57,088 nucleotides of DNA from the IMG/VR virus record IMGVR_UViG_3300037261_000179, positions 1 to 57,088 of that record; one strand, written 5' to 3'. Source of the stretch: a virus. Lineage: Duplodnaviria > Caudoviricetes. The translations under genes were made by a program, and so were the position numbers. A model generated the notes under the pieces. The model searched no databases, had not been told where the DNA came from, and was given only the letters and a program-made list of their open reading frames with translations. This document shows positions 42,937-51,009 of the stretch, one piece after another. How positions within the stretch are numbered: the stretch's first letter is position 1; each line of letters begins with the position of its first letter.

Positions 42937-45353
42937 CAGTACGTCCCCCCAAGTCGCCCCATGAGGTGCATCCGAGAAACTCTCCAGCCACAGCCTACTT
43001 GGCTACTGGAAACCCTGATGCGCATATACCGACCAGTCCGCCTGATATTCACTTTTGCAACCCGTTGCTCCCCACTTTCAATGGGTAAAACAACTGGGTT
43101 TGACCATACCAAATCATCCCCCAAATTCATCCGTGACCCAAGTTGAACTTCTATCACGTAAGGGTTCACCTGAACTGCCATCGCTACAGCTTCCAGCGCA
43201 ACAGTGAGCGTGTCGGAATACTTGACCGACAAAGGATCACCGTCGGAAAAATCCCCCGTCTCGTACAAGCAAGCCATCGCATTTCCATCCCGATCAAAAC
43301 CTTGGTTGAGAAGCGCGAGTGTCGGACGATCAACGGAATTGTTGTGCTGAAACCCGGCCACCGTAAAGTTCTGAGCGCCTGAGCTCAAAATATCCTCCCA
43401 AAGCGCGTCCACCGGCCAAGACACAGGAGCTGACCACGTTCCTCCTGCGAAAGCGAATGTCGGGTTTGGGCTGAGGTTCAGCCTGCCAAACGCCGTAATC
43501 CCGTGGAGAACCAGATTCGCATGGGCGCTCGGATCGTAGTCGTCCGTCGTGCATGAATCCTCCACGTAGTTGTAAATGAAAACTCGATAAGGTGCATCGT
43601 TTGCAGCCGTACCAGCCACCGGGTACGCAAACCACACTTCGAAATCCTTTTCGTTGTGGTATCCTACAATTTCATCGACCCGGGTCAGATCGAGCTCTGC
43701 GAATACCTCCACCGCATGCTGGCGCCCAACTGGCTGAAGTTGCGATCCTCCGATATAGCGGTAAATCTCCCGGTTTCCGAAAAGGAAGATTTGCCCGATC
43801 CCCACTTTCACAAAGGAGTACTTCCCGATCAAGCCTTCGTCGATTACCTCTGTTCGTAGAAAAAATACCCCCTGGTCAAGCCCAACGTACTGAATGGACT
43901 GGATCGACCGGTTTTTGAAAATGTACGCATAGTCCCCCAACGTTTCCACCCACCAAAGAGGACCGTTGATAAACGCCCCAGCGTTCACCAATTCCCCGGC
44001 CCCGTTGGCATCAACGGACAGGATTGTGGTACCGATCGGTACTACCGTGGTGGCTGGCGCCGCCCCCGTCAGCTGGCTCACCGTCCCCTTGAAAGCGAAA
44101 AGTTCCTGCAGCGTGCCACCCATCGCGCTTATGTCGATCGACCCCGACGCGTTGTGCAGGCTCACAAAAGGCTGGGGAACGATAAACTCCCCTGCAAAGT
44201 GGGTTGATAGCGAGGTACCACTATTCCCCGTGTATGCCAAATTCACTATCCCGTCGGCGTAGTCTATTCCTGTAACGATATAAACGTCATTGCCCGCAAA
44301 AAGGTTAGGCCCGATGGAAATGTGTGCCCCCAACCCAAAAGGAAAAAGCCCCTCCACTTGGATAGTCACGTTCCCGCCAGGTGCTGGAATGGTAAAATCC
44401 GCTGCCAACGTACAGGCATTTGTCCCCGGATCGAAAGCGTCAGAATTGACTGTAAGAATGATGCTCGGGTTGTTGCTGAAATAAACCATTCCTCCCGCCT
44501 TGTAGGGAATGAAATCACGGATGAAAACTTCCCGGTCCCCGCCGGCCGGAACTGTTTGCGGAAAGCCTGTAACGTTCCCCACCTGCCCGGTACTTGGAAG
44601 AACATCGGTCACGCTCAGATACGTAACGTACCCGTTCAGATCAAAACGCATGAACTGCCCGATGGCGAGCAGCGCCGCCGTGGAGGAATCCACGTATACC
44701 CACTCAGTCTTAACGCCTACCGCCGGGACCGAAAAAGTTTGCAATGTTTTGAGCAGCGCCGATGTGGCCGTCGCCCCGACCGGTATCCATTCAAACGCAT
44801 CCCCCGTTGCACACCATTTGAGGGTGCTACCTCCCCAGATCAAAACATAATCCCGAAATGTCGTCACGCCCTGCCATGCCAGCAAGGGATCAAGCCCAGG
44901 CAAAAGCTTAGCCGCGGCGCTCACTCCGTCCCAGTAAACCATGGGTGATCGGGGCTGGGCAAAAATCACCTTGTCGAAAAAACTTGTAGCAACGATCCTG
45001 CTCCGGGCATTGGCCAAATTCGAAAGATAGTCATAAAGCTGAGTAAGTACCACATGCTTCGGGTCAGACGGAGAAAAAAGGCTGTAGAGCTTTCGCTGCG
45101 TGCCGATGATCCCAACATTTTGGGACGGTTGGTAAAACTGCGTCTGGTAGATCAAATTCGCCGGGGACTCGAGATTGGGCGACTGGACCAAAGTGACAAA
45201 CCCCATGGCGTTCTTTGCCACCCCTTTCTCAAAACGAACATTCGACGCCACCGTGGCGGCGCGCGGATCAATCTCGTCTGGACTGATACGGGTAACCTGC
45301 CCCAGAGTCGGAGCCACAATCGCAACTTCGAATCCGTCTGAAGCACGGCGCAT
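42936..45353 (-). CDS. Tail nozzle/stabilisation protein (P22 gp10 / T7 gp12-like)
   Basis: 805 aa, beta-rich; ASNVRF at the N-terminus and GRYMRIRVS at the C-terminus; follows the adaptors. Confidence 0.75.
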   Translation of the reverse strand: MRRASDGFEVAIVAPTLGQVTRISPDEIDPRAATVASNVRFEKGVAKNAMGFVTLVQSPNLESPANLIYQTQFYQPSQNVGIIGTQRKLYSLFSPSDPKHVVLTQLYDYLSNLANARSRIVATSFFDKVIFAQPRSPMVYWDGVSAAAKLLPGLDPLLAWQGVTTFRDYVLIWGGSTLKWCATGDAFEWIPVGATATSALLKTLQTFSVPAVGVKTEWVYVDSSTAALLAIGQFMRFDLNGYVTYLSVTDVLPSTGQVGNVTGFPQTVPAGGDREVFIRDFIPYKAGGMVYFSNNPSIILTVNSDAFDPGTNACTLAADFTIPAPGGNVTIQVEGLFPFGLGAHISIGPNLFAGNDVYIVTGIDYADGIVNLAYTGNSGTSLSTHFAGEFIVPQPFVSLHNASGSIDISAMGGTLQELFAFKGTVSQLTGAAPATTVVPIGTTILSVDANGAGELVNAGAFINGPLWWVETLGDYAYIFKNRSIQSIQYVGLDQGVFFLRTEVIDEGLIGKYSFVKVGIGQIFLFGNREIYRYIGGSQLQPVGRQHAVEVFAELDLTRVDEIVGYHNEKDFEVWFAYPVAGTAANDAPYRVFIYNYVEDSCTTDDYDPSAHANLVLHGITAFGRLNLSPNPTFAFAGGTWSAPVSWPVDALWEDILSSGAQNFTVAGFQHNNSVDRPTLALLNQGFDRDGNAMACLYETGDFSDGDPLSVKYSDTLTVALEAVAMAVQVNPYVIEVQLGSRMNLGDDLVWSNPVVLPIESGEQRVAKVNIRRTGRYMRIRVSSSQVGCGWRVSRMHLMGRLGGTY

Positions 45354-45362
45354 TGTAGTAGG

Positions 45363-46019
45363 TCAGGTCTTGACGATTTTGTTCATGCCCAGGGAAGGCT
45401 GCAGCAAGGACATTGCGGTCCCGGTCGCCCCGTACGTCGTGCTCACTGGCGCCCCCGTTCCAGATGGTACCGTGTTACCCCCGTGCGACAAAGTGGGAAG
45501 CTCCGACGTAGCGATCACATGCGTCTCCGCACCAGTGGAGCGCCCCAAGGTCCACGCAGTCGCCCCACTAGCCGAACCCGTACCCAAACCAACTGAAACC
45601 CTGCCGCGGAAATCAGGCAGCCCGAAAGTGGTCGTTCCGTTTCCGCCGTAGGTCGTGCCGAACAACGCCGCCAAGGCCGGGTAGGTAGCAATCAAAGGCG
45701 TGCTCCCGTCACAGATAAGCCAGCCAGTCGGTGCCGCAGATGCTCCGTAATCAACAATCATTCCTGGAATCAGTGTTGCTGGTGTTGCCCATGTGGGCGG
45801 AGTACTTACCCCGGCGGAAGTATAAACGGTTCCCGCTGCCCCGTATGGTGTCGTGACTGGATTCGGAATCGCCGTGGACTTCAGAGTCCCGTCCGTCAGA
45901 TTGAAACTGACTGTGAGAAAATCAATGATCTGCTGGACAAAAGCCCGAAACGTCGCCGGCCACGAAGCGATCGTCGCGTTGTCGAGCGGCTGGGTAGGGT
46001 CGAAGGGGGTGAGTGACAT
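45363..46019 (-). CDS. Tail collar domain protein
   Basis: PGMIVDYG...PTGWLICDG...YPALAALFGTTYGGNGTTTFGLPDFRGRV. Confidence 0.9.
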   Translation of the reverse strand: MSLTPFDPTQPLDNATIASWPATFRAFVQQIIDFLTVSFNLTDGTLKSTAIPNPVTTPYGAAGTVYTSAGVSTPPTWATPATLIPGMIVDYGASAAPTGWLICDGSTPLIATYPALAALFGTTYGGNGTTTFGLPDFRGRVSVGLGTGSASGATAWTLGRSTGAETHVIATSELPTLSHGGNTVPSGTGAPVSTTYGATGTAMSLLQPSLGMNKIVKT

Positions 46020-46021
46020 GG

Positions 46022-46723
46022 TTAGAATCCTCCAAAGCGCATCGTGCGTCCACGGGTTGCCCGCGACGCGTCATCCGCAGATGCTTGTGCAAAGTAGCCG
46101 GCGAATCCACCAGGCTTGCCGTTGATCATGGCCGTTGCCTCGTTCTTGGCCGCAATGGAATCCTCATCCGCTCCAAGCGAGTACATCAAAAATTTCGTAA
46201 ACTCCAAAACCAGCATGGGATACTTTGCCATCAGGTCATTTTCATCCGTTGGCAGCACAACCGGGGGAAGAAAACTGTAGGTGTCCAGATTGAAATTGGT
46301 GTCCGGCGGAAGTGTACCCATCGTCAAGGGCCCGGGGAAATTCACACTCCAGATTCCGGCCGGACTTTGTTCCAAAAATGCCGTGCGCTCGGAAACGTTG
46401 GTGCCTATCTGCTGCAAGCGGTTCACTTCTTGGCGGGTGAAAATTCTCCAGATGCTATTCCCAAAAAAGGCTGTCGAGCTGGCGGAAAGAGAATTGGCCC
46501 CGCTCTGCAGTTCCTTGAACGTCGCGGGCAGCGCGTACGCGTAGGGCCCAGGGCCGGTCACCGGCAGAATAAACTGCAGCGGCACCTTCATGCAGTTCCA
46601 CGAGCGCCGCTGCTGGATCTGGTTCAACGCCTCGTTGATCAAAATAGGCAGCGTCCCAAGCCACGGCTCCTGCGCCGAAGAAAGCCCCACCGCGGCCAAG
46701 GCTGATATGGTCTGGAGGTTCAT
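46022..46723 (-). CDS. Head-tail adaptor/ring protein, paralogue 2
   Basis: INEALNQI...YALPATFKEL...YP pattern. Confidence 0.7.
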   Translation of the reverse strand: MNLQTISALAAVGLSSAQEPWLGTLPILINEALNQIQQRRSWNCMKVPLQFILPVTGPGPYAYALPATFKELQSGANSLSASSTAFFGNSIWRIFTRQEVNRLQQIGTNVSERTAFLEQSPAGIWSVNFPGPLTMGTLPPDTNFNLDTYSFLPPVVLPTDENDLMAKYPMLVLEFTKFLMYSLGADEDSIAAKNEATAMINGKPGGFAGYFAQASADDASRATRGRTMRFGGF

Positions 46724-47358
46724 TCTTTTTCAGGTCGAAGGGCCGCCGTCGCCCGCTTGACATCAACCCCCGTGAGTTGCTGGAACTCGGTTAGAAACTG
46801 CATCTCGTGCAGTTTGTAAACCGGATCGTTGATCGACTCAAAGGCCAGGGACCTAGCCTTCAAGCGCACCAGATTGAAATAACGACTGACCAGCGGATTG
46901 GTCACTGTGACAGTTGGGTCGTCACAATTTGCCGGAAGCGCGAAGTAGTAGACCGTGAGCGTGTGGATAGCCGTCGCCGGAACCGCCAGATCAAGGTAGT
47001 AGTTTTGCGCTCCCCCCGTAGCATCCTGCGTATAAATGAACGAGTAGGGCGGGACCAACCCAGCACCCAAAAGCTTTTCGACCTCTGAGCGGATGAACAC
47101 GGGCGCAAGGGCATTCAGTACGGAATCAAACACGGGATACCGCCCATTCTGCAGTTCCTTAAAATCTGCCGGGAGCGTGACCCGGGTCTGCCCGATTGCC
47201 ACCGAGGCCGGGCCGATCGCCTTCATCTCGGCAAAGGAATGCTTCTGCGCAATATCCCGGACCGCCTGGTTGGCGAAATCCAAGTAGGACGAAAAAAGGT
47301 CATCCCGGTTTACCGTGATGTCCAGATCGTTGATCAGCCCTTGGAAATCGTTGCCCAT
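46720..47358 (-). CDS. Head-tail adaptor/ring protein, paralogue 1
   Basis: RDDL....DFANQA...LPADFKEL...YY...TNPL pattern. Confidence 0.75.
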   Translation of the reverse strand: MGNDFQGLINDLDITVNRDDLFSSYLDFANQAVRDIAQKHSFAEMKAIGPASVAIGQTRVTLPADFKELQNGRYPVFDSVLNALAPVFIRSEVEKLLGAGLVPPYSFIYTQDATGGAQNYYLDLAVPATAIHTLTVYYFALPANCDDPTVTVTNPLVSRYFNLVRLKARSLAFESINDPVYKLHEMQFLTEFQQLTGVDVKRATAALRPEKE

Positions 47359-47366
47359 AAATAATG

Positions 47367-47416
47367 AAAAACCGGAGGCGACTCCTGCGCGAGCAAGAAC
47401 CGCCGCCGGTTAAAAA
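47367..47416 (-). terminator. Intrinsic terminator after the capsid genes
   Basis: On the - strand AACCGGCGGCGGTTCTTGC-TCGC-GCAGGAGTCGCCTCCGGTT followed by T; the stem uses G-U pairs that work only on the - strand. Confidence 0.8.
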
Positions 47417-47440
47417 TTACCCGCGAGGTAGACCGGCCGA

Positions 47441-47638
47441 TCAGACGCCGTGCACGGCACCCGGCGCCCGCTTCGGGTTGGTGGATTCGTTGATCCCGTT
47501 CTTGCCTGTCTCAGTCTTTTCCGGGGGCATGCCGCCGGCATTGGCCAAAGCCTCTTCCGGGGTGTTGGACGGAGAATTTACCTTGCTCTTGGGAGGGACT
47601 TTCGCCCCGGCTGCTTTCGCATTCAAATTGGATGCCAT
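47441..47638 (-). CDS. Small basic low-complexity protein
   Basis: MASNLNAKAAGAK..., 65 aa, ACCATG start. Confidence 0.65.
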   Translation of the reverse strand: MASNLNAKAAGAKVPPKSKVNSPSNTPEEALANAGGMPPEKTETGKNGINESTNPKRAPGAVHGV

Positions 47639-47676
47639 GGTGAGGGAGGGTTGAGATGAAATTTTAGTGGTGAGAC

Positions 47677-48084
47677 TTACTGCAAAACGATACCGTGCCG
47701 ATCGGCCACGTCGAGAATCTTTTGGGCCAGCTCGGGGTCGGAGACCACATGAAGTGACGCGGGAAACTTGTACTCGGTGCCGTCGAGAAAGCGGATGACT
47801 TCGCCGGGATGGATGTTCTTGACGAACCTCCACACTTGCGCGCCAACAGACTCAACAGCCGGGGCCGGTAAAGGAGTGGCCTCCGGGGGCGCTGCCTGAG
47901 ATGCTAGAGACTCTGGCACGGCAACAGCTGGTTCCTCCGCAGGGGGAGGATTGTCGAATCCGGCCTGCTGCTCCGGTTTCTCGGCGTCCGGGTCGGGTGG
48001 GACAGCCACCGGAACTTCCGGGACTTCGGCTTCGACGGGCTGGACGCTGAGCAACTGGGCTGCAGAAACAACTTCTTTAGGCAT
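47677..48084 (-). CDS. Pro/Glu-rich protein downstream of the capsid gene
   Basis: ATG at 48084; disordered N-terminus and a small folded C-terminus. Confidence 0.7.
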   Translation of the reverse strand: MPKEVVSAAQLLSVQPVEAEVPEVPVAVPPDPDAEKPEQQAGFDNPPPAEEPAVAVPESLASQAAPPEATPLPAPAVESVGAQVWRFVKNIHPGEVIRFLDGTEYKFPASLHVVSDPELAQKILDVADRHGIVLQ

Positions 48085-48134
48085 GGGAAGGAACGGTTGA
48101 CGAGGATAAACAGCGCGGCGGGCAGCCGCCAGCA

Positions 48135-49343
48135 TCAGGTGGTGATCAGCTGAAGGTTGTAGGCGTGACCGAAGGCATTGGCGAACTTGAGTTTCATGCC
48201 GAGTTTGGCGCGGAACTGCTCCTGGTAAGCATCCTGACCACGGGTCTGGATGTTCCGTTCGAGGAACAGGGGTTCCATGGTCTTTTGGACCAAGTTTGGC
48301 ATGTCGATCACGAACATCGAAGCCTGGTAGGCCGCCATCTCCTGCAGGAGGGGATGGAAGGTCATTTCTAGGATGCCGAAGGGCGTCACAATGGTCGTGA
48401 TGTTCATACCGAACACCGTCTCATTGTTCATGATCCGGAAGCCGGCCGCCGCCGTGTTGGCGTAGTCGGACAAAGCCGAATACGCGAGCGGGCCACAGAG
48501 GGCGATCTTCTGGTTGGAACCGAAGACCATGAAGCTGCGCAGCCATGCCTTGAAGTTGGCCAAGGTGCAACCGCCGGCACCGTTGCCGTTCAGGATGTTG
48601 GTCGAGGATAGGCCGGCGCGCTGGATCGCATCACGAATGCCGCCGGTCTGGTAAATGTACCCGTTGGTGCCGACCAACCGGTTGCGGCGGCCGAGCAGGA
48701 ACGCTTTCTCGATGTCCCCACAAATCTTTTCGAGGGCGTAAATGCGCCGTTCACGCAGGGGCCCTTCCATGTCGGACCGGAGCACCGTGCCCTTAAAGGC
48801 GTTGGTGAGGAAGATCGAGCTGTTGAATGTCTCGATGAAATTCTTGAGCTCCTGCGGATTCTCGTACACCGCGCGGGTGGGGAGCGAACCTTCCTCGGCG
48901 GAGACAAACAGGCGGCTCCAAAGATCGGCGTTGTTGATGGCCGCGGCAGTCGTGCCGGCATGACCACGTTCAACGGCGACGGAAGCGCTGGTCGGGTCGG
49001 CCGTAACGCGGACGTACTCACCGGTCCGGGAATTTTCGATCACCGTGTTGAGGGACAGGCCCTGCCACACATTGTTACCCGAGCCATCATCGAAGGTGAG
49101 GGTCGTAACGCTGGAAGTGAAGGCAGCGTTGGAGTAGTAGTTCTGACGGACCGGATCACGCTCGAACCAGTTGTACTCGGTGGATTCGGCATTCTCCTTG
49201 CGGAGCATGGTCATCAACGCAAAGAGAACGGCACCTGAGCCTATCCCCTTGGCGTGACGTACAGTTACGTGCTGTTGCCATTCGCCAGTCAAATCATCCG
49301 TGTCGGCGTTTTGTACGCTAAGTAAGCCAGAAATTAAGGACAT
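48135..49343 (-). CDS. Major capsid protein (SU10/DUF5309-like)
   Basis: 402 aa after the scaffold; YNWFE, EEGS, N..E.F, DIEKAFLLG, TGGI, TPFG motifs; strong codon bias. Confidence 0.88.
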   Translation of the reverse strand: MSLISGLLSVQNADTDDLTGEWQQHVTVRHAKGIGSGAVLFALMTMLRKENAESTEYNWFERDPVRQNYYSNAAFTSSVTTLTFDDGSGNNVWQGLSLNTVIENSRTGEYVRVTADPTSASVAVERGHAGTTAAAINNADLWSRLFVSAEEGSLPTRAVYENPQELKNFIETFNSSIFLTNAFKGTVLRSDMEGPLRERRIYALEKICGDIEKAFLLGRRNRLVGTNGYIYQTGGIRDAIQRAGLSSTNILNGNGAGGCTLANFKAWLRSFMVFGSNQKIALCGPLAYSALSDYANTAAAGFRIMNNETVFGMNITTIVTPFGILEMTFHPLLQEMAAYQASMFVIDMPNLVQKTMEPLFLERNIQTRGQDAYQEQFRAKLGMKLKFANAFGHAYNLQLITT

Positions 49344-49396
49344 AAAAGAAGGTAGTTTGAGTTTTTTACTGGTTGAACTGCTGTAAGCGAAACTCT

Positions 49397-49435
49397 AATA
49401 CTTTCCATCTGTCAAATACTTTCCAAATGGAAAGT
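49397..49435 (-). promoter_or_regulatory. Repeat/palindrome motif upstream of the capsid gene
   Basis: AATACTTTCCA direct repeat 18 bp apart; ACTTTCCA-AA-TGGAAAGT inverted repeat; contains TTGACA on the - strand. Confidence 0.75.
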
Positions 49436-49456
49436 GAGTTTCTATGCCACTTAAAA

Positions 49457-50668
49457 TCAGAGTAGCGAAGCGATAATCCCCGAATCGTCAGACTTTCCCT
49501 TCCCACCCTTTCCTGGAGTCGCCTCCGGAACATTCGCGGCCGGCGGAGCCACTTTCGCCCGGGCCACTGGAGCCTTTGCAGCCACGGGCGCAGGTGTCGC
49601 CGGCTTTGCAGCTGGAGCTTCCGCTGGGGCTCCCCCTGTCCCCGCCTCCTCTGATTTCGGAGCCTGCAGATCGAAGCCGAACTTTTTGTAGAGACTGAAA
49701 ACCCGCGTGGCGCACTCGTCACTGAATTGCTCCAGCGACATGTCACGCACCCGATCAGCTTCCTTCTCCGCAAGGTAGGAAGCAGCCTGCTCCACGAATT
49801 CCCGTTTGTCCGCCAACTGCGGATACTTGGTGGCAAATCCGGTCCACGCTTTCTCATCCTCCGCCTTGGCCTGGGCGGAAATCAGGGGCTCGGTTTGAGC
49901 CGTCAGCTGCTGGAACCGCGGCTCCAGATCGGCGTACATCGACTTGCGCGCGAGCAAGACCGCCTGTGCCACGGAGCTTTGCAGCGCAGACTGGAAGGCT
50001 TTCACCGCCTCGGGGCCGCCGGCCAAAATCTTGTCGAGCGCAGGTTCGTCCAGTGTCACCGGATCGAGCTGCGGCGCCACTCCGGCGATCCATTCCCGGT
50101 CTTTCTTGATGGACTCCTGCCGGGTGGCCTCCGCCTGCTCCTTCGACGGCTCTGCTGCAGTTTCAACTTTCGCCACCACCGGAGCCGGCGTTTCAGGCTT
50201 TTTGTTAATCAGCGCCTCCAGTTCTTCCTCGGTATAATCCTTTCCCTTGAACTTGATCTTGGCCGGCGCGTCCGGTTTGGCCTCGGGAACCTCAGTCGCT
50301 TTCTCGGCAGCCTTGGCCGGAGCTTCCTTGGCCTTGGGCTTTACTGCCGTTTTCGCCGGAGTCTCTTTGGCCTTCGGAGCTTCCTTGGCGGCGGGCTTTT
50401 TCTCCAGAGTTTCCTTCACCACCGGCTTGACCGGCGTCTCTGTGGTTTCCTCAGCCCCCTCCTCCAAAGTTTCCTCAGGAGTCTCGGTCTCTTTGGGGGA
50501 AACGTCGTCCCCTTCCTGCGGGACGTTTTCCAACTTGGTGGGATCACCTTTACCGCTCAGGGACTTGGACAGACTCCAATCGGCTGGAAGCCCCATCGCC
50601 TCAGAGACTGAGACTGTTGGCGCGAGCGTTTTAGTGGCGGCTGGGGCAGGGGCGGCGGAGCTAGGCAT
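49457..50668 (-). CDS. Capsid scaffolding protein
   Basis: Acidic Ala/Pro/Lys-rich, KIKFKGKDYTEEEL motif; between portal and capsid. Confidence 0.75.
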   Translation of the reverse strand: MPSSAAPAPAATKTLAPTVSVSEAMGLPADWSLSKSLSGKGDPTKLENVPQEGDDVSPKETETPEETLEEGAEETTETPVKPVVKETLEKKPAAKEAPKAKETPAKTAVKPKAKEAPAKAAEKATEVPEAKPDAPAKIKFKGKDYTEEELEALINKKPETPAPVVAKVETAAEPSKEQAEATRQESIKKDREWIAGVAPQLDPVTLDEPALDKILAGGPEAVKAFQSALQSSVAQAVLLARKSMYADLEPRFQQLTAQTEPLISAQAKAEDEKAWTGFATKYPQLADKREFVEQAASYLAEKEADRVRDMSLEQFSDECATRVFSLYKKFGFDLQAPKSEEAGTGGAPAEAPAAKPATPAPVAAKAPVARAKVAPPAANVPEATPGKGGKGKSDDSGIIASLL

Positions 50669-50927
50669 TGGGGTGTTTTATGTTGGCGGGACGGTTGAGG
50701 ATTCCCAAGGCAATCGACAATCCCGTGACGATGCCCTGCTGTTTCTGAAAATTAGCCGGATCACTGAGCGTCAGTTTTTTCTGCTCCATGGCTTCCCGTG
50801 CCTCGATCTCATACTGGATAACCTTACGAAACGGAGACTCGTCCATCTTGCTCCATACCACCGCGATTTCCTGCGGTGACATGTCGGTGGCTTCTTCGAT
50901 CGTACGGACCAGAATTGGGGCGGGCAC
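50661..50927 (-). CDS. Small conserved-looking protein between portal and scaffold
   Basis: Helical with QG...GL; synteny. Confidence 0.65.
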   Translation of the reverse strand: MPAPILVRTIEEATDMSPQEIAVVWSKMDESPFRKVIQYEIEAREAMEQKKLTLSDPANFQKQQGIVTGLSIALGILNRPANIKHPNA

Positions 50928-51009
50928 GGACCGATGTTTCCACGTAGCATTATATTCTTTGCAACCCTAAACCTACTTTACATGCCACGAAAACTCACTT
51001 TTTCATGCG

